NCBI RefSeq assembly: GCF_001194135.2
Contig: NC_068984.1
Location: forward strand, 23,470,551-23,534,550
Length of the DNA: 64,000 bases
Reading direction: 5' to 3'
Origin: Octopus bimaculoides
Taxonomy: Eukaryota
Position 1 is the stretch's first letter; each line of letters opens with the position of its first letter. Both the position numbers and the translations under genes were made by a program. The notes under the pieces were generated by a model, which saw only the letters and a program-made list of their open reading frames with translations, was not told where the DNA came from and did not search any database. Below are positions 24,401 through 37,322 of the stretch, piece by piece.

Positions 24401-27400
24401 TATATACTTGATTCTGTATGTGTGTGTGTGTATGTCTGTATGAGATAGAATTTATATACATGTATGTATATGCATGCAAGAGACAGTTTTTGTGTTTTTA
24501 CGTGTATGTACCATGTTCATAAAAATAAACATTGTTAGGAAATATTTAAGCTCAGCTTAAATATATCACCTGTTTGATATTGACAACTAGATAGACAATT
24601 CTGTAAATTCAGTGTTTGGCTTTATATCAAAAGGCACTTATGAAATATAAACCTAAATCAAAATATTGGCTTCAAATTTTGGCACAAGGCCAGCAATTTC
24701 GTGGTAGGTGCTAAATCAATTACATCAACCCCAGTGCCCAACTGGTTCTTAATTTATTGATCACAAAAGGATTAAAAGCAAAATCAAACTCTGTTGAATT
24801 TAAACTAAGAACTTAAGGACAGACAAAATGCTGCTAAGCATTTTGCCCAGTTTGCTAACAATTCTGCTTACTCGCCACTTTAACCTAAGTCAAAATATTG
24901 AAATAAATATATTAATGTACTGGTGGGGGTAATCTATTTTCTTTGATTTGTTTTGTTTACTTCTTTAATAACAACAAAGAACTGGTGATATATCTTGTAT
25001 GAAGTAGTTCTATCCACATTGGTAATGTCACAAACATCATTTCTTAACCCACTTGATACCAATCTGCCTGAAACCACCCTTGATTCTATGTTACAAACTT
25101 TGTTTTAACCCTTTAGCATTCAGATTAATCAGTCTTATTTGATAAGATTATTTTGAATTAATCATGTATTATCTCATAGCTTTGAGATTTGATATGATAG
25201 TTTAATTTTAGGATGACATTGTAAGGTTGATGTGAATGGCTTCATCAGGCAAGTTTAAACAATAAAACAGGCTGATTATTTTGTCTGGATTTGGCCAGTT
25301 TAAATGCTAAAGGTTTAGTGATTTACAATCAAAATTTCATGTTAACCTTTTAGCATTTTACTGGCCATATCTGGCTCAAATATTCTGTTTGTTTTATGTC
25401 TGAACAAGTCAGTTCTGTCCTCTCACACCTACCCTACAATGTCATTCTAAAAATATACAATTACATCATTGAAATTTCGAGGATATAAGATGATACAGGA
25501 TTAATTAAAAACAATGTGAATGAATAAGTATTACATTTGACAGAATAATCTGAATACTAAAGGGTTAATTTATGTTCCAAACAACAGCTTAATTATGACA
25601 AAATTATTTTCTAAAAATTCTCCAGAATTTATTGAAATAAAGGCATTGTATTTCAGCAGAAATATGGTAACAAATGGGTTAAACATTATCACCAACTATG
25701 ACTTAAGACTTCAGCTCTGTGTCAAATGATGCAACACGAGTTAATAGGAAGTCTGTATGGTCAGTCATCCTATTAAAAATAGCAACCAAATTTCCTCAGG
25801 TTATACTCGACCATCTTAGAAAAGATAATGTGATCTGGGTTCTCAGGATGTGGGAAAAAAATGTGATGGTCATAGCTAGAATGCCTTTTATCATGGTTCT
25901 GCTCAATTATAGCTGATCTGTTGCTAAACAATAGCAAAAAACTAATGATGGATTCTTTATATGTTCACTTGACCTGCTATACATAACAGCCAACTCTTGC
26001 TCACATTACATCTGTACCATCTTAAAATAGGATGCATATCTTGAAAGCTTTTAGTTACATTTCTGCCTGATTAAAGCTGACCTGGAGGTAAAAACAATAA
26101 TCTTGACCATAAGCATAACTCACAGGGAATCATTGTCTCCCTGTGTAAGGCTGATGTTTCATCTCATATCTACCATTGTTGAATGGATCTGTGATCAAAG
26201 ACATTCTAACCATGACTATTTTATCTTTCTTTCAAACATGAACTACATTATATAATATGTTCATTTAAAGGTGTTAGAATACGATTCTGAGGAGCTGCTA
26301 TTTTAGGCAGATTGAGTGACCATGTTGAAGTTCAGAGATTTGGATGACCAATATGTAGCTATCTTTGTGGTTGCTGTTTAGCATGAGATCAATCTTGATC
26401 AAAAGCATTCTAGCTATGACTAATACCTTTTCTCCTAACTCAGGACACCCCAGACCAGTTTTGTGCAATGTACTAGTCTTTCCTGGGGCAGTGTGGTTTG
26501 ATTTGAACGAGATTTGGCTGCTATTTCTAGCAGGTCAAAAGGTCACGTCAAGGCACTCTCACGGGCTTCTTTGATGTTTGCATTAGTGGTGAAATGCGAA
26601 GCATATAATTAGCAGATTGAAATGCTGGAATATCAGAATAACAGTAATAAAATATAATCACACTTTACTTAAAATAGATTCACCAATTCATATTCTACAC
26701 GCCTTGTTTAATGTTTATCTAATTTTAATTTTTTTCAAGTGTTACCACGGCTGTTGTCTTATGCTACCAAGGTGATCTGGCAGACTACATCATTGTGTGT
26801 CACACTGCTACTCACACCAAAATCATCTCACATCTTATTACAGGTAAATTAAGGTCTTCTTTTCTTACAGTTCAATTAATTTTAGGATTTTTTTTTTTTT
26901 TGTATTTCTAAATTTGTACCTGATTAAAGAAATGGGATTAATTTTGTTAACAATTCATTTTTTATTGAATCAGTAGGTCATCATCATTTATAATTGACCC
27001 AGTGTTTTTGGAAACATGGTAATTAATGTCTTTATCTTTGTTATTGCTGTTGTTGTGATCTTTGTCACTGTTATTATTCCTTCTATTTCTTTCCAAAAGG
27101 GTTCAAAGGGTCAACTACTTGGTATTTTAAACCAAGGTTAGGTAGAGCTCTCCAACCCTGTAAGGTATTTCTCCTAAAAGAAGGCCACTCCAATGTAAGA
27201 CCTTCAGCTTGCTTGTCATTGTAGCTGTCTTAGCCCACTGAGCCATTGTCGTCAGACCTCTAAGCCCAAAGAATGGGATTGGATTGTATGGACTGACTCT
27301 CCCTTTAAAACTACTAAATGCAGGCAGGAAGAAGAGCCCTGCAGTATCAATAATTGGTTTACATAGTCCCTTCTGGGCATGCTATTCTCCCACATGATCT

Positions 27401-30400
27401 TTGACAAAAAGAAACTACTGCCAACATAATTTCAAAAAAGTGTTTCAAAGCAATACATTAGAATTGGTACAGATAGTTTACAAAGTGGATTAAGTTAACG
27501 TGTTGTGAAGAAAAGTAAAGAACAATCTGACATTTTGGACATGGCCAGTCCTTAACAAAACATTAGATGCCTCCTCTTCTTCATAAGTTAATGTATTCTC
27601 ACTTTGTAAACTACTTTTATATACTATGTGCTGATACAAACTGTCACTAATTGCCTATTATTCTTCTGTTGCACATTATAGTCAGTCATTTATTTAGTCT
27701 GGTTTTCTACATCTCTCCCATTATGACTGATAATATTGATGTTAATTTTGTTTTGTTAGAATCCTCCATCAATTCCAACACTTGCTGTTGTTTGGGTAGT
27801 TGCTGCTATTCGCCGGTCAAAAGTCATCATAGATTGGCATAACTATGGCTACAGCATTTTGGGTCTTACTCTTGGACATCAACACCCACTTGTCAAGTTT
27901 TCTAAATGGTAAGCAATGTTTATAAATATATAATTCTGTCATGATTCTAATTGCATTGATTTTCATCAGCATCCAGTTCCTGACTGCAATTTCTATTAGA
28001 ATCAACCAGTTTATTTCTGCATTCAATTATTCATTCATACATGTAGTTGTTGAATGGTGTGGGAGCCTGTTTGACAACTTTCAATTATATTATAAGTTGC
28101 ATACTACGTATAATAAATGAATCATATTTCAGGTCTATATATAATATCACAGTTTCTACTTTTTTTTTATTGTTTAGCAAATTTTAATCTAAATTGCATT
28201 TGTAAAGTTGTTCCATTATTTTATTCTAGCTGTCACTTGACTTGTTAAAAATACCCACCAAATCTCCTCCTAAAGCATACCTTACTACATTCATAAAGAA
28301 TACCTACTAATGTAATCCATACACACTGTTCCTGGGCAAAAGATAGGATGGTCATGTTTTGAGCAGCTTTGTCCATGTCTTTTAGATCAGGGTTGACTTG
28401 GAGCTAAGCAACAACAACCAGTTATCTTAGTTTTATCATCTATTTTTCTGTGCTGGCAATACAGCTGTACTTCATATTTCCATATCCCATCTTACCTGTG
28501 CATCCTAGTATTTCCAAGAGTTGTATGATCAGTTCGTCTAAAGTTAGTCGCTCTCAGATTTTCCTGTAATTGTGGTTGGCTTCCCTTTGCCATCACTTTC
28601 TCAGTTTAATTATATTCATTCAATCTTTCTTTCAAGGTAACTTTAGTCATTTATTTTTTCTATCACTGCAGATCCCCTGCATTCACTGCTTTTGTTTTGC
28701 TGCCCTACAACATTGTATTTCTTCCACATGTTTCATATAATTGGTGTAGTTTTATCAAACGGGTTGAATTTTCCTAAATTCTATATTTATCAACTAATGC
28801 TTATGACATTTAGTTAGGCATATGTGATTCCAACACACAAATTTAAGCTATTATATGTAGTAATTATTAGCTATCTAAATTCATGCACAAAATGTTGCTA
28901 AATTATACCCTTAAAACATTGGGCGATATGATATGCTTCAGAAGACCTGTTGAGTCAAGTAAAATTGAAATCGTAGCTGTGGCCAGTGCCACTTAACTGG
29001 CCTCTGTGCTTGTGGCATGTAGAATGCACCATCAGAACATGGTTAATGCCAATGCCCCCTGACTAGCTCCTATGCTGATGGCATGTAAAAAGCACCATCC
29101 AAACGTGGTCGATGCTAGTGCCCGCTGACTGGCTCCCATGCCGGTGGCATGTAAAAAGCACCCACTACACTCTCAGAGTGGTTGGTGTCAAGAAGGGCAT
29201 CCAGCTGCAGAAACCTTGTCAGATCAGATTGGAGCCTGGTGCAGCCTCCCAGCTTGCTAGACCTCAGTCAAACTGTCTAACCCATACCAGCATGGAAAGC
29301 GGACGTTAAATGATGGTGATGATGATGTGTGTTAAAGTGATCTAATTTTAAACTTTCCATCAAAATTTCATGTTAGTTTATGTTCCAAACACCAGCTTAA
29401 TTGTAGCAAAATTGCTTTCTTAAATTTTCCGTTGTTTTCAAAATTTATTGAAATAAAACTATTGTATTTCAGCAGAAAACTAATTAACATTTATGTAATT
29501 AAACAGGTGAAATTATTGTAATATTTTATTGAAATGGAATAAAGCCATAGAATAATAACTGTATTGTATTTTTGTAGGTTTGAAAAGACATTTGGCCGAT
29601 TTGCAAATGGAAATTTGTGTGTTACAGATGCCATGAAGAAAGATCTGCATGAAAACTGGAAGATTAAGTGAGTTACTCTTTGAGCATTTGTTAGCCCTCT
29701 TGAAAGCATAGCACCATTTGAACATAATCATTACCAGCATTGCCTTCTAGCACTTGCGCTGGTGACACGTTTAGAAAATCATTCAAGCGAGGTCGTTGCC
29801 AGTGCCACTGGACTGGCTCCTGTGCAGGTGGCACGTAAAAAACATCTTTTTGAGTGTGGCCGTTGCCAGTACCGCCTGACTAACCCTTGTGCTGGTGGCA
29901 CGTAAAAGCACCCACTACACTCTCGGAGTGGTTGGCATTAGGAAGGGCATCCAGCTGTAGAAACTTTGCCAGATCAGATTGGAGCCTGGTGCAGCCTTCT
30001 TGCTTGCCAGTCCTTAGTCAAATCGTCCAACCCATGCTAGCATGGAAAGCGGACGTTAAATGATGATGATTAGAATATTGCAACCATCTAAATGCTAGTC
30101 AAACCTTCATTTGACCAGTAATCCAATGATATGCTGTATCTTCCCTTTTACTCATCTACACTAAGTACAACAGCCTGTGCTTCTCTCAACTAGTAAACTG
30201 TAGTGTAACTGACCAAACCTACTTGAAATCTGAAACTGTCTTCATCATCATCATCATCATCATCGTTTAACGTCCGCTTTCCATNNNNNNNNNNAGTAAA
30301 AGTGACAACTATTTTGGCCTTTAGAATGTCAACCATATGTGGTCCACCTCCAGCACATAACTGTATTTCTAGCAGACACTTATCTCTCAGTTTCCATAGC

Positions 30401-30720
30401 CTTTCATTTGTAAATAAGCACCATGAGAAAGTTCGGTTGATTGCTGTAGTTAGTCATGTTATGTTGTAGTTGCTGAGCATGTCAATAATATGCAGTACTG
30501 GATTCAAATACTTCCATAGAAAGTCCCATCCAACCCTTGCTTGTAGGGAAAAGAGGATGTCATAATGTTATTGATGGTGGTTCATATTTACTATATTAGC
30601 CATAACTTTTTGAAAATAGAATAGTTATGGCATTGGCTAGTTTGTGGTTTTGTAAGTTTAACCTTGTACATTTGAGTCGTGTTTCTATTGAAGGATAACT
30701 ATATTATTGTGGGGTGGGAA

Positions 30721-30789
<69 letters not shown>

Positions 30790-33700
30790 CTTCTTTCATT
30801 TATTTTTTTAGGGCACACACTGTTTATGATAGAGCTCCTGACAACTTTAAGGAGACAGATTTGCAGAATAAGCATCAGCTTTATTTAGAATTGAGTAAAT
30901 TCTACCAAGTCTTTGCTACAAGGTAAATTCTATACTATGACATAAAAAATAATATTTTTGATAACTCATTTAGCTTATTTTGTAATATGTATGTTATTAT
31001 TTTTTTCTTTTACACACACACACATACACACACACACTGAGTAGTGTATTGTTCAGCCCCAGGTTGACCCTGATCGAGCATTCCAGCCTTGACCATCTCA
31101 TCTTTTTAGTTGTATGGAGGAATATATTATGTAATGTCTCCTTCCTTGTTTGATACTATAAGTATGATTTGAAGGAAATTTGGCTGTTACTCCTAGCGGA
31201 TCAGTTGACTGTGTAGAGTGTCTTTTGGTGCCTCGAGTCTTACTGAATAATGTTTGGGTGGAAATTTATTGACTGAAAATTTGATATATATAGTTGAATC
31301 AGTCTATTATTTATTTATGAATTAAAAGCAAAAATTTATTGAATCATTTCTTAAATATTTGGAACACCAACCATATACTTCTCTCTCCCCGCCCCCTAAA
31401 TATGTATGTACACACACACACGTATATTTATATAATCATCTCCTGTGTTCTTCAACAGTAAATTTCCTGAAAATCCTGCAATAGAGAAGACAAGATTTAC
31501 CATAAAAGATGAAGATGGAAAACTCAGCTTACTGGAAGACCGTCCAGCTCTTCTGGTCAGCAGTACAAGTTGGACAAGTAAGAAATTTTGAATAATTTGT
31601 TTGTATTTAATTAATCATTTTACAGTAATTTTTCAAGAATTGAGTATAAAAATAATATATGATCTTTTGACTGGAAATCAAAGAACTCAAATTCTCCAGC
31701 CAGTATAAGCCAAAAACCAGATATGTAATTCCTTTTGATAAAGAAGGATAGTAAGTAGAATCATTAGGCTTGAGAAGATTTCTACTGGTGGGGTGGACCA
31801 CACCTAAAATGTTTAGGTACCCCCTTATTTTTTTATCTTTTTATTTATTTTTATTTTTTTGCTCACAAGGGGCTAAACAGAGAGGGGACAAACAACGACA
31901 GACAAAGGGGTTTAGTCTATTACATCGACCTCCATTGCGTAACTGGTACTTAATTTATCGACTCTGAAAGGATGAAAGGCAAAATCGACCTTGGCGGAAT
32001 TTGAACTCAGAACGTAACGGCAGACGAAATATTGCTAGGCATTTCGCCCGGCGCGCTAACGTTTCTGCCAGCTCGCCGCCTTTGTTTAGCTACCCCTTTC
32101 TGCTGTCCTTTCAATGTTTTCCTCTTTTTTGTTTTCTTTTAGGTTTTTCACCTTATTCTATTTGCCTCTTATATGCCAGTTAAATGGTTCATATTATAAA
32201 GCATTTGTTCCAAACATTTATACAAATATTTGGGCTAGCAGAAAAGAAAGAAAAACCTTATATAGATAAGATGTTAAAATTTTTGATCTGATTATATAAA
32301 TTTATTATAATTTTTTTTCCTCATTCTACAGCTGTAGTTGTTTATGTTCAACTAACACTACTATAACATTCTCTGGTCTTCTGAACTTGCTAATATACTG
32401 GATATTAATCACTTCACTTTTTCTTACCCTTACATTATAGACGTTGTGCTTTTTTGAATTGTAGTAGCTGGTGTTGTTAGAGAGCACTGGTAATCAATAA
32501 ACACACAATAATTAATAAATGTTTCTGTAGTTTGTTGTGCTAAGCTCAAACCATTCCACTTGGGCAACACAAAAACTGCAGTAGACTGGTATCTTATTCT
32601 TTGAATGCCACAAAACTAAAACAATCTTCAGTTCACCACAACATCTTTTAACATTGACAATGGATAAATAGTCAAATTATCAAATCAATTATTTACAGTG
32701 GGCTGTGTGAATGTACAGCTTGTTATTAGATCAACAATTAGAAAACCAGTTTGCAAAAATACAAATGTATTTTTAAAATAGTGTTATGAAAATTATTTGA
32801 CTTAAATGTTGTAGAAGATTATTGAGAATAACAGTTTATTTAATAATTGAAGGGGGTTTTTTGCTGCTGTTATTTTTTAAACTAGAGTAATTGACAGTCT
32901 TTTTTTGCCTCACCCTAACACCGAATGACTTTATGCACACACTTTCTGGTTCAGAATTTAATCAAGGTCTCCTTGGTGATTGTCATTGCTAAACTTGATC
33001 TAATTGTTTAACTGATTGCTATTGAAAATATTTGTTCCATTCTGTCATTGTGGATGGAAGTAAGTGGAGTATGTCAATGACATAATCTATTTCATCCTTT
33101 CTAGTCATAAACAATGCAATTAAAACATTGAGAGTCATTACAAATGCTAAGTCTCATGATCTGTGATGGCAAATTCACTAAGTCTGCATTGCAGGCCTCT
33201 TTTTTAAGGGCAGAAAATACTTAGTTTGGATCTGTTACAGAACCTCTACTAAGCTCAAGTGCAATTCACATTGAAGTTTTGCTTTAAATGCATGGGATGT
33301 TGCTGCTGTTAGACAAACATCCAAAGAAGGCTATTCAACTCATTAGATTCTATTGCTATACTTCAACTACTAACTTAGACATTTCATGTATTTGTCTCTT
33401 CTCCAGCTGTTGCAACAACGTCTGCCTTATTGGACTGGCTGGCTGCATACCCCTTCCACTCAACACACACACAATCCCCACCTCTTGTCACTCATGCTTT
33501 ACTTTATTTCCCAGGTCCTACAATAAACACTTTGGCTTCAAGTTTCCTATTACAACACATTCCTCTCCTTTCTCCTCTGTTCATATCTTTCTGTTTTTGT
33601 AGATATTGGCTTCCTCAAAAGGTCGTGGTTATTGCTCTTCCTCTTCTGACTAAACCTTGATAAAAACAGAAGTCTTGCTGACACCTGCTTTCAAATATTT

Positions 33701-36402
33701 GTGCATATATCTAATTTACAAACCCAATCAATAGCATAACATAAAATAACAGATGTGAATTGTACTTTTGTATGAGTGAGAGAGAGAGAGAGAGAGAAAC
33801 TAAGGCTTGCTATGTCTTAATTCAGCTTTGTTTCTTTTCCAGTTGATGAAGATTTCAGTATTCTGGTTGATGCTCTTGACAGTAAGTAAATCTTGTATAT
33901 TTTATTTAGTGCAGTTAGTAACACACCTGTCATTTATTCTTTTCTGCACTCAGTTCACTTCTTACCAAAATATGTCACTCACCTGCAATGAAACTAATAT
34001 AATTTAATTTAATTGACTACTTAATTGACTTAATCAGAATGAGTTGTCCTACTGGAGACCTAGCATGAATGCTTACAATAAAGTGGACTCTGCCATACCT
34101 ACAGACCCAGTGATGATGTTAAACTGGTTAAGTCTGCCACCCGAGAACAGGAGCAGCTTCTTTAATAAGCTTCTACATACTTTCCATCTTTTAGATTTCA
34201 CTCAGGAGACATCTTGTCTTGCCTCTAAAGAACATTCTTTTCTTTTAAAGAAACCATTATTATTTGGATTGACAGAATTGTTAAAGCATCAGACAAAATT
34301 TGCCTTGCAGTACTTATTTTGGCTCTTTATGCTACAATTTCAAAATACCACCAAGGTTGACTTTGCTTTTCCTGGTGATAAATAAATTAAAGCATCAGTA
34401 AAGTATTGAGGTTGATTTAGACTCAGCGACTAAAATTTAACAAGTAGGCTAATAAGTCAACTCACTTGAACATACCTTAATCAAATGAAGTAATTATTGT
34501 ATCCATTGCAATGTTTATATATTTTCTAACAGGGATTGTAATCATTTCTTTTTCTTAAACAATGAAATGAATTTTGTCTTTATCTGTAGGTTATGAGAGT
34601 TTTTGTGAGCAAGGAAATGATTTACCTAAATTAGTCTGTGTTATAACAGGTAAGAAAACGTTTTCTTTTGACTATTTTTATAAATTTACGACCTACAATT
34701 CTTTTTTAAATTTTTTGTGCAAGCCAATGGAGATATTAGACAAACTAGAAATAACAGCAAAGTTTCCTTTAAATTGCATCCCTGTATCTTAAAAAGGGAA
34801 GAGCACATTGGATAATGTAGGCCTAAAAGTTGGAAGCTAAATAGGAAATGGCAGCCTTGAGGCACACATCAGTTTCTCTGAACTAACGAGGGAATCTCTA
34901 CGTTGTTCCTTAACCTGCTAAAAATAAATAAATTGCTTTCAAATGACCATCTTTAAAAAATGGATGTTTTAAAGATGGGATGGTTACTGTGGAAGCATCT
35001 CTGATGATCTGAGGTTAAACTTCAGTATCAACAAAAGCATCTCCCCCTTATGTATTCATATGTGGATCTTAGCTTTTTCTTCCCTAATTAATCACACTTC
35101 ATGATTACAATCATGAATATGCAGGATATTTCAGTGGCATGATATATTTTCATATTGGTGTTTCAGTGTGTCTGAGCAGGGGACTTAATTCTGCTTGGCT
35201 GTTAAGAATAGGTAATAGATCTTAAGAGGTATGGCTGATCAGATAAGATATTGGATTGCTTATTCATAGCTTTGGAGTTCAAATCCACTGTAAACATGTT
35301 ATGTTTTTGATCAGATCACTTTATTCCACATCACCACAGTTCATCTGTCGGGAGCAGGTACCAGAGCATCTGAGAATGTTACCTGCAGTAGACCAGGCTC
35401 TTATCCATGGAGAAATATATCTTTTATTTTCTGTTGCCCATTTAGCATTACTGAATTCAGAGCTAAGCATGGAATTTATGAACCACTGATTTGTAGAAAC
35501 CATTGTTCAATATCAGCAAAATACATTTTTATTATATTTTTCTTTCAAAATTTTATTTTAAAAGAGGCTGTATGTTAATAAAATGTGAACAATTAGTGTT
35601 TTCTTTTTTTCTCTGTGTTTTTTCCTCATTTACTTTCTGCCTTAAATTATATTCTGCTGTCTTTACAAAGGAAAGATACATTGGATAATGTAGTCCTAGA
35701 CATACTAATAAGAAATTAAAATACACAGGATTGTCACAGCTGAACTTCTTTGATCATAAGTCAGCTATATCTAGGGTAAGCTCGTATTAAGCAACAGCAA
35801 CAACATATAGAAATGTATATGTGTGTGTGTGTGTACATGTTTAGGTTACAATAATATCCGCGAAACGATCGTAAGATGCATTTTAGACTTTCGTAATATT
35901 TTAATCGAATTATATTTACACTCACTTACGCATATATTTTTATATACATTTACATTTTGTATATTTTTAATTTTAATTATAATTCAAAATGATTATTGTG
36001 TCATATAAAACATACATCTTTCAGAAATTCGAATATTGATTTCCTAAGAATATTGTTAATAATTTTATTAACAATATAAAAATATATATATATATATATA
36101 TCTATTTGCTCAAAGTAATAGAGCACTTAATATAAGTTCAATAAAATATTCCTTTTGAATTTTCATTATAAATTTTATGTTTAGGTTACAAGTGAGAGAA
36201 AGTACTCAATGTATGTTGTAGAGTTTATTTGGAAGCAGTTGTTGTTTTATACTGTTGCTAATTAGTTTCTCATCAGGTACTATTATTCAATATATACATA
36301 TATATATATATAAGTTCAAAAAAGGAAAAAGACAAGAAAACTACAAAAAACAACGTGAGGACGTGATACAGATTATGTTACTAGATGCTCGGGAAAGGAA
36401 AG

Positions 36403-36433
<31 letters not shown>

Positions 36434-37288
36434 AGGTGCATGACTCAGTGGTTAGAGTGTTGGGCTCACAATCATGAGGCAGTGAGTTCAATTCTTGGAC
36501 CGGGCTGTGTGTTGTGCTCTTGAGCAAGACACTTTATTTCACGTTGCTCCAGTTCACTCAGCTGTAGAAATGAGTTGCTACGTCACTGGTGCCAAGCTGT
36601 ATCGGCCTTTACCTTTCCCTTGGATAACATTGATGGTGTGGAAAAGGGAGACTGGTATGCATGGATGACTGCTGGTCTTCCGTAAACAACCTTGCCTGGA
36701 TTTGTGCCTCAGTGGGGAACTTTCTAGGTGCAATCCCATCGTCATGCATTACTGAAGGAGGTCTTTACCCTTTATATATATATATATATCAATCCAGAGC
36801 AAGCAAGAAAAAACAACAACACAAGGATGTGGAATATGTACAGTGTTATTGGACGCTCAGGAATGGAAAGAAAAGAAAGAGGATTTCACGTTTCGAGCGG
36901 AGCTCTTCATCAGAAATATAGAAAAAGTCCAAAGAAGGGAAGACGGAGAAAGAAAATCTTCAACGATACACACGTAGTCACACATATATATATATATATA
37001 TCAGTTAATGAAGGACAGAAGTTATGTAATCAGCTTTAAGCTAATGGAATTGATCACATTAGCCTTGTTCTTTTGTTACTTATTAATTGTACTTACCTGA
37101 TACTTTAATCTAAAGCATAAGTATTATTGAGGTCTAACAACTAGTTTTTAGTATTGTTATACCTAAGCAAAATCTCTCTCTCTATATATATCATCATCAT
37201 CATCATTTAACGTCCGCTTTCCATGCTAGCATGGGTTGGACAATTTGACTGAGGACTGGTGAAACCGGATGGCAACACCAGGCTCCAA

Positions 37289-37322
<34 letters not shown>

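Noticed and set aside
31577-33844. ALG1 Ile in SWT-I-DEDF (human has E) as a lesion or mis-splice
   Set aside because: The split codon is unambiguous, the 39-nt exon size is conserved and this position varies among orthologues (P in yeast, as I recall).
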